Source: Eledone cirrhosa
Taxonomy: Eukaryota
Length of the DNA stretch: 64,000 nucleotides
Assembly (NCBI GenBank): GCA_964016885.1
Contig: OZ024741.1
Location: 283,526,001 to 283,590,000 of the forward strand
Direction: 5' to 3'
Both the position numbers and the translations under genes were made by a program. The notes under the pieces are model-generated. The model did not search any database and was not told where the DNA came from. It saw only the letters and a list, made by a program, of their open reading frames with translations. This document shows, piece by piece, positions 39,179-51,109 of the stretch (position 1 is its first letter; the number at the start of each line of letters is the position of its first letter).

Positions 39179-39275
39179 AGACATATCTGAGGATCTTGCG
39201 GTTTCAGAGTCAGGTTCGATCATCGCATCAATTGTGCCTCAAGCTGGTCGCCAGAGAAACGATTGTAATATGTCT
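39179..39275 (+). ncRNA. Type I hammerhead ribozyme with extended stem II
   Basis: AGACATAT-CTGAGGA-TCTtGCG...CGCcAGA-GAAAC-gatt-GTA-ATATGTCT; perfect 8-bp stem I; predicted cleavage after 39267. Confidence 0.8.
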
Positions 39276-39504
39276 AATAAATTTTAATTCGTCGCCCCAC
39301 TGATTCTCCATCTCTTATGTGATATTATACTCTGCTCTGTAAGAGCATCGAGTGCTCAAACAGCCTACCACATACGGACACTTTAAGCACCCCACACCAA
39401 TTAAGTATATATATATATGTATGTAAAAGGTAAACAGAAATAACAACACAATCGGTACAGTATATGGAAGGGATATATTAGGTTAACACTTGATATAGTA
39501 GGAA

Positions 39505-39545
39505 GAGGGTCATAACGTTTTGGACGTTAGTCCTTCATCAGAAGA
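39505..39545 (-). ncRNA. Degenerate minimal hammerhead (GAAA changed to AAAA)
   Basis: Minus strand CTGATGA-aGGAC-taac-GTCC-AAAACGTT. Confidence 0.5.
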
Positions 39546-39602
39546 AAGAATGAGAAATAAGATAGATTGAGGGGACGGGCAGGCAGGAATTGGAAAAAAT
39601 GT

Positions 39603-39671
<69 letters not shown>

Positions 39672-41242
39672 GAAGTTGGAAATAGCACGGAAAATATATT
39701 CTAGAGTCTGTTTTTCTTTTTTTTTCCTTTCCTTTGATTCGTCAAAGTGACATTATTGTAAGCTAGAGACAAATTCTATGGCAACAGTAGTGTTGTAAAA
39801 GAAATTCTATTTTTGGAATATGGTTTTTAGGGAGTGTGTGTAGTGTGAGAGTGTATATTTAAAAATACACACATGTGTGTGTGTGTGGGGGGGGGGTGCT
39901 ACCGTTAATATTAATCTGGTTCTAATATACAATTTGTGTAGAGGGTTGCATTGGCTGCATTACTTGGTTTATAACTCATATTTTAAAAGAATTAAAATAT
40001 TGGACTTCATGCAGTAAATTCAATAGTAGTAAAGAGGTGTTTTTTTAGTCTGGTGGTGTTGATTTCATTAATGTTACCTGTCAAACAATTGTCCTTATTT
40101 ATAGTGTGCCAAATCCTTCTTACAATTATCCAGAGAATTAGTGATCATTCCTGCAAATCTAATAACAAATATTATTCTAACTGCATAATGAAAATTAGTA
40201 ATAATATTGTAGATAATAATGAAGTAATGCTTTTTACCTCAACCTGCTTCCTCTTATTCCATTTCTGCAAATCTTATAGCAAATATTATTCTAACTGTAT
40301 AAGGAAAAATAATTAATAATATTGTAAATAATAGTGATGTAATGATTTGTAACTCAACCTATAATTTTGCACGTACCAACAACTCCATGTACAAAATATG
40401 TTTTTTTAAAATAATTAATTGCTTGCTTTACACTCAGTGTTTGATATGATATCTATCCTTATTACTATTTGAACTTGGAAAAGTTTGTTCTTTCTGACAT
40501 TTCCTGAAGAAATGTAGTTATATGTATTATGTATGATGTTAATAAGTGATTATAAATTATTTCCAATCATTTGCATATGCATGTGCCATTATAACTGTAT
40601 TGAAATGGACGTAGAAATTAAAGAATGAATTTAAGTTGTTAACCTTGATCATCACCATTATCATTGTTTTAATATCCATTTCCCTACTAGCCAGGGTTGG
40701 ACGTGTCTACATAGCAATGGAATTTGTGTCTCACATTTATGTATGGTCTCATTTTCTATTGAGTTCACAGGAGAGGTTGTCATGTCTATGACACAACTCT
40801 GGGTCCTTCCAGCATTTGTTTGGCAAGCTTTCTATGGCTTGATGCCCTTCCTATCATCAATCACTTTACTGTGTGTACTCAGTGTATTTATCATGTAGAT
40901 CACCAAACACTAGGGAAGCTGCCATGTCCTTGACATAACTGAAGTGTCCTCCCAACCCTTTGTTTAGCAGGCCCTCCATGACTGGATGCCCTTCCCATCA
41001 CCAACCACTTGACAAGAGGGTAGCAGTGAGGAATGTGCATATGTGTGTGTGTGGTGAGGGTGATGTAGTGATGTTGTGATGTTGAGCATAGCTGTTAGTG
41101 AGTGCTAGTGGAAGGTGGGGACATGGAGGTAGATCAGGTCACATTGTATGCTGCAGGTCAGGTCTTCTCCAGCACTGCAGAGCACCAGCCCAGTCTTTAG
41201 TCATTTCTGTTGTGAGGTTTAGATTTTTAAGGTTGGTCTTCA

Positions 41243-41772
41243 TGCACACTCACCTGCTCACACACACAATCACAAACACACATACTCACACACACACTCA
41301 CAAACACACACACACACAAACATACATACACTCTCTTTCACACACACACACTCACACATACTCACACACACACATACTCACACACACACACATACTCACA
41401 CACACACTCACAAACACACTCACAAACACACACACATTCACAAACTCACTCACACTCTCACACTTACACATACACTCACAAACACACTCACACGCACACT
41501 CACACACACTCTCACACACTCATACACACATACCCTCATACAAATACACACACATATATCCAGGTAACACACACACATACATACACTCACACACACACTC
41601 ACACGCACACACTCACACAGTCTCACGCACTCACACACACACACTCTCACACACTCACACACACACACATGCACACACACACACTCACATACACACACTC
41701 ACACACACACACACTCTCACACTCACACACATACATTCACACACATACACACACTCACATACACGCACTCAC

Positions 41773-41803
<31 letters not shown>

Positions 41804-41805
41804 TC
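41243..41805. repeat. Long compound (CA)n/(CACACT)n microsatellite
   Basis: Seen directly in the sequence. Confidence 0.95.
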
Positions 41806-41902
41806 CAGATAACCATGTTGTGAAAGAAGTAAAACTGACCAATGTTTACTGATTATATTCATTTATTGAGTTAACAGAAATATGGTGAACTGAAATTTTT
41901 CT

Positions 41903-42097
41903 ATAATTGTTTCTACTTTTGGCACAAGGACAGCAATTACCCAGTGCATTACTGGTACTTTATTTTATTGACCCCATAAGGATGAAAGGCAAAGTTAACC
42001 TTGGCGGGATTTGAACTCAGATCATAAAGGGACGTAACTCTATGCTGCAAAGCATGGTGTCCGACTCTCTACCGATACTGCCAATCCACCACTGCCC
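41903..42097 (-). mobile_element. Family-A SINE inserted at the stop codon of the membrane-mucin gene
   Basis: Full-length copy; aaatttttctataat is duplicated at 41893-41907 and 42106-42120. Confidence 0.9.
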
Positions 42098-42113
42098 TTT
42101 TCTATAAATTTTT

Positions 42114-42442
42114 CTATAATATTAGTTTGATATGTAACCATTTCAGAAGATTGTTGACATCTGCAAGAATTATAAGTGCAAATGGCACAACAATGAAAAT
42201 AACAGCAAAGCTACCAATACATCTCGAAGACAATCGGGAGTCTGACATACTCAGTTTTGAACGGATGTATTTAGAAGTTGCATTTCGTGGAAGGGCTAAT
42301 TCAGAAACAATCCGAAGTAGTTTGATATCAAGTTCCTCTTGTGTTAAGTTGTAGTGTTCATTTAGACACTTACACGGACATAGCATATCATGTGATGTGC
42401 TCAGTGAAGAATAAATGGACTGGATTTCAGGAAATGGAGTGG
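42114..42442 (-). CDS. Membrane-mucin-like gene, last exon: CxCxC, helical segment, S-x-x-D-x-R-x-SS motif, TM helix
   Basis: Acceptor tttctatattgtag, phase 1; LCPCKC...ELALPRNATSKYIRSKLSMSDSRLSSRCIGSFAVIFIVVPFALIILAD; TAG stop; AATAAA at 41862-41867. Confidence 0.85.
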
Positions 42443-43369
42443 CTACAATATAGAAACATAGAGACATATATGAAATTAGAGGACTGAATAATTTCAATGA
42501 ATGGATTGGCTACAAAATGAAAACATTGAGTTATATGAAAATACCATTGAGAATTCTGCTGGTTGGAAGATGTAAATCCCTGAGAGGTATTTTGAGATTA
42601 TTAGCCTAAAAACTCAAATTTAAATGCTTGTAAAGAACCAAGTAAAGCATTGAATTGACAGATTTGTTAGAATATCACTTAGAATGTCTAGAAGTATTCA
42701 TTCCAGCTCTCTACACTCCAAGTTCAAATCTTGCCAAAGTCAACTTTGCCGTTCATTCATTTAAGGTTGATAAAAAAAAAAGTACCAGTCTAGTACTGGG
42801 TCGATTTTTCCTCTATATCTCTTTCTCACTTTTGTTGTCATTCTCTAGAAGAAATTGGCTGTGTTATCATTAAGGCCAACTGGCAGCCACCTAGAGCATA
42901 GACCACAGAGGGGTGCATTACTGAACCATATAGGGCTGGTGCTACCATTAAGGCCATCTAGGCAGCCAGCTAAGGTGCAGATCTGCATTATTGAAATTTA
43001 AAGGATCACATTTTTATACATATTTTTATGATAAAATTAAACATATAATAAATTTCTGTGATCAGTAAATAAATAACTGAACATCTTTGCTGAGTAGTAG
43101 CATTATGGAAATATCCAAATCAGTGGAGAAGGTTGTATGGTATTACAAACTCTCACATGGTTTGGTGTGGGTGAATGTGGACTGTGTTGTGGAAAATGTT
43201 AACTTAGTGTGACCAATAGCAGGCAGTGTCAAAAACTATGTTCATCAGCTTATCAAACTATAAATTGAAATTATTCTATTTGGGAGAATGTTGAACACAG
43301 CTATATACCCAAGAGCTGGCCTTGTGCTTACCCCATCAATTTTGTGACAACATAATATATTTTGTTTAC

Positions 43370-43861
43370 CTGTTGATGTACCTGAACTGGTCAATGTTGT
43401 GACATCTTTAGTAATAGATGTCTCTGAGTTGGTGCTAACATCACTGTCAGTAGATCCATCTCTATTGGATGTTTGGGATGGAGTTGTTGTACTGGTGGTT
43501 CTACCAGTGGTTGTACCAATGGTTGTACCAATGGTTGTACCAATGGTTGTACCAATGGTTGTACCAATGGTTGTACCAATGGTTCTACCAGTGGTTGTAC
43601 CAATGGTTGTACCAATGGTTCTACCAGTGGTTGTACCAATGGTTGTACCAATGGTTGTACCAATGGTTGTATCAATGGTTGTACCAATGGTTGTATCAAT
43701 GGTTGTACCAATGGTTGTACCAATGGTTGTACCAATGGTTGTACCAATGGTTGTACCAATGGTTGTATCAATGGTTGTACTGGTTGGTGTAGTGGTGGTT
43801 TTACTGGTTGTTGGGCCAGTGGTTGTAGTGGTAGTTGTAGTGGTGGTTGAGGGCAATATCT
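43370..43861 (-). CDS. Membrane-mucin-like gene, Thr-rich stalk exon with (TTIG)n repeat
   Basis: Acceptor atcttttttatag, donor AG/gtaaac; 492 nt, phase 1-1; 12-bp repeat with ~23 units. Confidence 0.85.
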
Positions 43862-44050
43862 CTATAAAAAAGATAACAAGCTTTTTATTTATTAACATCT
43901 CACAATGATTTAGCAGAAAAGGTTTGTTAATTCAAATGTTTAAAGTATATTTATTAGTGAATAAATTGTTATGAAAATTGCAGTATTAACTCTTAATATC
44001 CTGTAATGATTTAGAAAAAGATATCTAAAATTGGATTTGTTAATTCAAAT

Positions 44051-45243
44051 CATCATCATCATCATCATCAACGTTTAACGTCCGTGTTCCACGCTTGCAT
44101 GGGTTTGGACGGGGGTAGTCCCACTTGAGGCAAGAGTGATTGTCTTGCTCGCATAGGACTGTCTGGCGGGTTTTCTACAGTTGGATGCCCTTCCTAACAC
44201 TTACCACATTTACAGTGTGGGGCTGGGAGGTTTTTACCGTGTTGCCTACACGGCCACATTACAGCGTGGACTGTGTGTTTTTTTGTCGTGACACCTACAC
44301 GATCTCATTTGTTTCGGCCTGGATGGTGTGGCACCAACATAACTTTACATTGAAAGGGGCGGTGTGGATGGGGTGGGGGTGGTGGGACGGGGGTGTATTT
44401 TGTTAGAGGTGCCTACTGGCTGTAGTAGGTTTTACTTTGTATTTAGGTAAGGCGGGTCTTCTCTATTACTGAGTACCGCCAAAGATCTCGGTCCAGTGAC
44501 ATTGTCTTGGAGAGGTGTAAGTGTGTGAGGTCGGAGTTTATCAGCTCGTCCCAGGTTTTTCTAGGTCTGCCTATTCCGTGGCTACCGTCTATCTTTATTG
44601 CCCTGCACTTTGTTATACAGCTATCGACTTTCATGCGCATCACGTGTCCATACCAACATAGCCTTCTCTCGAGTAAACAACATCTGATTCCTCTTATTTC
44701 TAATTTTTTCCTTAGTTCGTTTATGCTTTGCCGTTCACGTATATTACTGTTACACATCCAGCGGAGCATGCAAGCTTTGTTCCTCTCTAGTCTGTGTATA
44801 TCCTCTGCACACAATGCTCAGGTCTCACTGCCATGCAACATTGCTGTTCGTATGCAGGCATCATACAACCTGACTTTCATTTTTAGGGAGAACCCTTTAG
44901 CGGCTAATAGTGGTATAAGCTCTCTGAACTTTTTCCATCCAGTTCTGACTCTAGCTACTGTACTTTCAGAGCACCCTCCCCCACTGCTGATTTTGTCACC
45001 CAGGTAACGGAAGCTGTCCACTATTTCTATAGAGCCCTCTGCGCAGTTGTAAGAGCTAGTATTTTTGTGGGCACTTGCTGCTACTTATTGCACCAGAGCA
45101 CCGGCCACATGTAAAATCTATGTTCTTAGATAGCTTACCTGTGATCCCACTACATCTTTTATGCACCCATACTTTGCATTTGGGACATAAAATGGAGTTT
45201 CTACCTACGCCTTTCCTACACACTGAGCATGGCCATTTCCCGG
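44051..45243 (-). mobile_element. 5'-truncated RTE LINE with PHD; inverted near-identical relative of 37971-38965
   Basis: Same ORF and UTR; one TGG>TGA stop at ~44818. Confidence 0.95.
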
Positions 45244-45335
45244 AAAAATATTTATAGTAAAATTTTCAGTGAAAATTTCCAGTGAAATAAAGGCTGTTTA
45301 AAATGTTTAATATGATGCATTCATAGTGTCTTACT

Positions 45336-45928
45336 AATAATTGTTTCTACTTTTGGCACAAAGCCAACAATTATCCCAGTGCATTACTGGTACTTTATTT
45401 TATTGGCCCCATAAGGATGAAAGGCAAAGTTAACTTCGGCAGGATTTGAACTCAGACCATAATTGGATGTAACTCTATGCTGCAAAGCATGGCGTCCGGC
45501 CCTCTACTGATACTACAATCCACCACCCTTGTCTTACTAATAATTGTTTCTACTTTTGGCACAAGGCCAGCAATTACCCAGTGCATTACTGGTACTTTAT
45601 TTTATCGACCCCGTAAGGATGAAAGGCAAAGTTAACCTCGGCAGGATTTGAACTCAGAATGGCATGGGCCGTAACTCTATGCGTCAAAGCATGGCGTCCG
45701 CCCCTCTACCGATACTGCCAGATTTCTGATTTAGGCACAAGGCTAGCAATTTTAGGGGAGGGGAAAGTCGATTAAAACGACTCCAGTGTCAGTGTGTCAC
45801 TGGTACTTTATTATATCGACCCCATAAGGATGAAAAGCAAAGCTAACCTTGGAGAGATTTGAACTCAGAATGTAAAGGGCCATAACTCTCTGCCGCAAAG
45901 CAGAATGTCCGACGCTCTACCGATACTA
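45336..45928 (-). mobile_element. Array of three family-A SINEs
   Basis: Units at ~45336, 45538 and 45722; tgtcttactaat duplicated at 45327 and 45530. Confidence 0.9.
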
Positions 45929-46209
45929 GTCTCATGGGTACAGGATCATCATCATCAACACTTATTTTCCATGTTTGCTTTGGTTAGATGGGCTGTCACG
46001 TTCTGAGGCTAGACAGGTCCGGTATATATGTCTTGCTCATACATTCCATTTTTGGTTTCGTTTTCTACAGCTGAATGCCCTTCCAAATGCCAACTGATTT
46101 ACAGCATGAACTGGGAAAATTTTATGTGGCACCAGCTCTACAACTTTACAGTATGACCACCTTATAGGGTGATTGGGTACTTTTTGTTGTGGCATCAGCA
46201 TGACCGCTT

Positions 46210-46452
46210 TACTCATTATTGTACTTGAGTCTCATCTCTTACTCATTACTGTATTTGAGTATCATCTCTCACTCGTTACCATATTCAAGTCTCATCTTTC
46301 ACTCATTACCATATTCAAGTCTTGTCTCTCACTCATTACAGTACTAGAGTCTCATCTCTCACTCATTATTGTACTTGAGTCTCATCTCTCACTCGTTCCA
46401 GTACTTGAGTTATCCCTCTCACTGATTACTGTACTCAAGTCTCATCTCTCAA
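46210..46452. repeat. 30-bp minisatellite, ~8 copies
   Basis: Unit tctcatctctcactcattactgtacttgag. Confidence 0.9.
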
Positions 46453-46627
46453 TGATTAATCTAGCAAACATTATATTCTTAATTGATCTTATTCATTTAT
46501 TCTTTTACTGGTTTTAGTCATCAGGCTGTGGCCATGCTTGAGCACTGCCTTGAAGGGTTTTAGTTAATTATATTAGCATCATACATCAAATATAATTTAT
46601 GTGATAATCAGTCAAAAATATAATTAC

Positions 46628-46721
46628 GCTCTAAATGCCATATGCAGCATTCACAATTCAGTGATGGGTAACCAACAGCATACTTGATATTTTTATTGTT
46701 TCTTAACAGGGTCATATTAAT
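46628..46721 (-). CDS. Membrane-mucin-like gene, internal exon (INMTLLRNNKNIKYAVGYPSLNCECCIWHLE)
   Basis: Strong acceptor (long pyrimidine tract ending tttcag), phase 0; donor C/gtaatt, phase 1; phases match both neighbouring exons. Confidence 0.75.
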
Positions 46722-46760
46722 CTGAAAAAAAAGAAAAGAATTGAGAAAATTACCAAATAT

Positions 46761-46990
46761 TAATAATAATAATGGTTTCTGATTTAGGTACAAAGCCAAC
46801 AATTTTGGGAGAGGGGTAAGTCAAAGAAATCAGCCCCTGTATGTTACTGGTGCTTTATTCTATCAACCCAGTAAGGATGAAAGGCAAAGCTAACCTCAGT
46901 GGGATTTGAACTCATAACATAAAGGGCCACAACTCTATGCTACAAAGCATATTGTCCAATGCTCTACCAATACTGTAAATCCCCCACCCT
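46761..46990 (-). mobile_element. Family-A SINE, long variant
   Basis: (TAA)n, ggtttctgatttaggtacaaagcc, central domain and B box. Confidence 0.85.
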
Positions 46991-47012
46991 TGATAGAGAT
47001 TAAGCTGGATAT

Positions 47013-47271
47013 GGAAAGTGGAGTAGATCAAGCAAATGAGCCTGTAGAAAGTGGAGTAGATCAAGTAAATGAGCCTGTAGAAAGTGGAGTAGATCAAGCA
47101 AATGAGCCTGTAGAAAGTGGAGTAGATCAAGTAAATGAGCCTGTAGAAAGTGGAGTAGATCAAGCAAATGAGCCTGTAGAAAGTGGAGTGAATCAAGCAA
47201 ATGAGCCTGTAGAAAGTGGAGTAGATCAAGCAAATGAGCCTGTAGAAAGTGGAGTGAATCAAGCAAATGAG
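47013..47271. repeat. 33-bp minisatellite, ~8 copies
   Basis: Unit gaaagtggagtagatcaagcaaatgagcctgta. Confidence 0.95.
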
Positions 47272-48289
47272 TAAATAGAAAATGAGGGTGAAGTGGTTCA
47301 AAGGCCTGAGGAAGTAACTGAAGAAGACAATGATCTAATAGTTGAGATAAATAATATCTGGAGTAAAAATACATCCATTGAGAAAATGAACGCTGATGGG
47401 CTAGGGCAAGGATTTTGTTGATATTCTGAATTTAATGGTGGATCAAAAGGGATGGCTATTCTAATTGTTATCATTCTTCTTCCAATGTTGGAATGGAACA
47501 GTATGAAGTCCTTCACTTGCACTGGAAGGACTGAATGTTTTCTTGTGAGGACTTTGCTTCAGAAGAACACTGAGATGCACTCATATTTCCTATCATTGTC
47601 AATGTGCTCTACGTATAATGATGGAGCTAGTTCCAGCTTCCTGGACTTGATGTCTATATATTTGTAGGTGATGGTACACTTTTTGATGTCTGCCAACACC
47701 TCCTGAGGCACATTTATAATTTTTAAAATCTATTAATTTTCTACCCTCTGTTAGATGCGTTTTCTTTTCTGAAATGTCCATTTCATAATAAACAGTATTT
47801 TTTCCACAGTCGCATTGATTTTTTATTGTTGCTGTTGTTGTTGATACTGTTGCTATTGTTGCTGCTGGTGGCAGTATTATTGCGGCTGCTGCTGTTGTTA
47901 ACCCTGCTGTTATTGTTGCCACCACCACTGCTGCTGTTGTCATTACTGCTGCTGCCTCTGCTGATACTGCTGTTGATGCTACTGATTAATTAATGTTAAA
48001 AATAAGCTGTTGTTATGACAACTCCGAATAAGATAAGTGTCGCCTTTTTCTGTCTCCAACTTTTTTTTCCAGTTGTATATATATATATATGTGAGATTTT
48101 TATATGATAAAAAGCTGTGTTGAATGTGTGTTAAATATGTATGTATATGCCATTTCCTCTCTAGTGCTGGTGGCACGAATAAAGGCACCCAATCCACTCT
48201 GTAAAGTGGTGCTGGTGTTAGGAAGGGTATCTAACTAGTATATATTAATGCCAAAAATTATGAGCACAACAAATAAGAATTGCAACAAC

Positions 48290-51080
48290 TACGTAAACAA
48301 CAATAACACTAACCATGTTAGGGCTGCACACGGTAGTGGGGTGGCTGGTGAGGCCATGTGAGAGAACCCCACCCCCACCCCGACCGTATTCAAGCAATCG
48401 CACAACAATAACTGAGTAAACAGCAATAACACTAACCATGTTAGGGCTGTGCATGGTAGTGGGGTGGCTGGTGCGGCCATGTGTGAGAACCCCACGACCA
48501 TCATCAAGCTATCGCATAACAAGAACAAGAACAAGAATATGAAGACGTCAAATCTCAGAGTTGCCACACTTAATGTTGGCACTCTAATAGGTAGATCTGG
48601 GGAGATAGTGGAGATGCTAAAGAGAAAACAGGTGGATGAGCTGCGTGCAAGAGATGAGATGGAGAGTTGCCTCTGTAAGACTAATCGCAGGCAAACATCT
48701 TATTTATAAGCTTTTCTGGGTAGGAAATGATGATGGGTTAGGTGGGGTAGGCATTTTACTAGCTGAGAGATGGATCGATAAGACAATAGAGGTAGTTAGA
48801 TCAGTAATAGAATAATTAAGATTAGATTAGTTATAGGCAAGAGACTGCTGACAATCATCTCTACCTATGGCCTAGGTAAAGAAGAGAAAGACTGCTTTTA
48901 TGAGCAACTTTTAGAAACAGCCACAATAGCAGAGGACAGAGATATTGTTATGCTAGCAGGGGACTTCAATGGTCATATTGGACAGCTCTAGGATGGATAC
49001 ACTAGGGTACATGGCAGGCACGGTTATGGCTCAAGAAGCAAAGAAGGAGTGAGGCTTTTAAATTTTGTGATGCAAGTGCACTAACCATTTGCAACACTAA
49101 CTTCAAGAAACCTACCAACCACCTAATAACCTACAAATCAGGTGAGCACATGAGCCAGATTGACTTCTTGCTAGTTAGGCAGTGAGACAGACAGATGGTG
49201 TCAAATAGTAAGGCATGCCCCGGGGAAGAATGTACACCACAGCATAGGTTAGTCGTTAATGACATCTCAATAAGGAAGAGACAAAATGATACATACAGGA
49301 AGGTGTGGAAGAGGAAGGTCTGGAAACTAAAAGACCTTTCACTAAAATATAAATTTAGGAAAGCCCTTCCCCAGTAGACCCGACAGAGGGACCAGCTATT
49401 GGGATTGACGAATATAGGGTCCAATAGGCAATTAAGGAAATGAAAAATGGTAAGGCCACTGGACTGTCGGGGATAGTTGCTGAGATGCTGAAGGCAGCAG
49501 GAGAAGTATGTACTAAACTGGTTGCACGCATCGTCAATCAAGCTATATATGGCAGAGTCATACCCAAAGACTGGTGCAGCAGTATTCTCATAAATTGCTA
49601 CAAAGGTAAAGGGGATGATCTGGAGAGAAGCAATTATAGAGGCATAAAACTGATAGATCAGGTTATGAAAGTGGCAGAAAGAATATTAGTGTAACTAATT
49701 AGAGAAAGGGTCAAACTAGATGAGATGCAGTTTGGTTTTGTGCCTGGGAAAAGTACAGATGCCCTCTTCTTAGTGAGACAACTACAAGAGAGGTTCTTAG
49801 AGAAGAATAGCCACTATACTTAGCTTTTGTTGACCTACAGAAGGCCTTTGGTAGGGTACCCTGATATGTCATCTAGTGGTCCCTAAGGAAACTAGGTATT
49901 GAGGAATGGCTTGTGAGGACAGTGCAAGCTTTGTACAGAGGTGCTGTCAGTAAAGTGAGGGTAGAAATGGAGTTTAGTGAGGAATTCCAGATACAAGTAG
50001 GTGTACATCAGGGTTTGGTCCTCAGCCCGCTCCTGTTCATTATAGTTTTGCAAGCCATAACAGAGGAGTTTATGACTGGCTGCCCATGGGAACTTCTCTA
50101 TGCTGATGATCTGTTTCTTATAGCAGAATCAGTAGAGGAGCTAGAGAACAAATTCTGGCTATGGAAACAGCAATTGGAATCAAGAGGACTGAGAGTGAAC
50201 CTAGCTAAGACAAAAGTGTTGATAAGTAGAAACCGAGGACAAAACTCTGATTCCATCAGGGAAATGGCCATGTTCGATATGTAGAAAAGGAACTGGCATA
50301 AATTCCATAAAATGTACAAAATGCAGATCTTGGGTACACAAGAGATGTAGTGGCAAACTAACAGGTAGGGAAAACTACATATGCAGTAAATGTACAGGGA
50401 AATTTGACAGTAGAAGTTGCAGTGATAGACACATTTTTCAAATGCAGGTAGGTTCTATAGAAGTGGTTGATAGCTTCCTAGGTGATCAGATTAGCAAGGG
50501 AGGGGGTGTTCCGAGGCCATAGTATCTAGAATAAGGACAGGCTGGAAGAAGTTTAGGGAGCTGCTTACTCTGCTGACAAAGAAGGGTTTCTCCCTGCATA
50601 TGAAAGCCCAGTTATATGATGCCTGTGTGAGATGTGCGATGCTGCAGTGTAGTGAGACATGGGCAGCAACTGCAGAGGATATGCGATGGCTGGAGAGAAA
50701 TGAAGCAAGTATGCTCCATTGGATGTGTAATGTCAATGTATGTGAACGACTAAGCATGGGTGAGTTGAGAGAGAAACTGTGTATAAGAGGGATAAGTTGT
50801 AGTGTGCGGGAGAGAAGACTGCGATGGTATGGACATGTGATGCCCATGGAGAATCACCGCTGGGTAAAGAAGTGCCAAGAAATGCCAGTAGAAGGAAGAC
50901 GCAGTATAGGAAGAACATGAAAAATATGGGCGGAGGTGGTGAGAGTGGACATCAGTTGCTGAAGCTCACGGAGGAGATGATGAAGGACCATGACAAGTGG
51001 AGAGATGCTGTGCTGAATAGGACCCATCCCAGCCTTGCAAGCAGGGAAAAGCAGATGTAAAATGATGATGATGATGATGT
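48290..51080 (+). mobile_element. Near-full-length degenerate RTE LINE (duplicated ~123-bp 5' UTR unit, APE, RT, PHD)
   Basis: LRVATLNVGTL, GDFNGH, SQIDFLL, GVHQGLVLSPLLF, LYADD, LRWYGHV; internal deletion near 49360; (GAT)n tail. Confidence 0.93.
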
Positions 51081-51109
51081 CATAGGAAAAGTGATTCACT
51101 TGTATTTAT

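Larger units (their letters stand above)
38997..39406. mobile_element. Penelope-pLTR-like foldback element between (TA)n tracts
   Basis: Inverted arms 38997-39150 and 39167-39319 with a 16-nt loop; each arm contains a hammerhead. Confidence 0.75.

Noticed and set aside
41098-41823. 241-aa His/Thr-rich ORF
   Set aside because: Translation of a (CA)n microsatellite; the same applies to YI/CV-rich ORFs near 3.6, 4.4, 21.2, 23.1, 35, 55.7, 60.3 and 61.2 kb
43391-43908. ORFs (VQPL)n, (VVPM)n, (YQWL)n and (CTNG)n
   Set aside because: Alternative frames of the stop-free 12-bp repeat; only the TTIG frame has compatible splice sites
46912-47374. (ESGVDQANEPV)n and antisense repeat ORFs; CRISPR-like periodicity
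   Set aside because: Plain tandem minisatellite without unique spacers; eukaryotic context, no cas genes, no supporting start or splice signals
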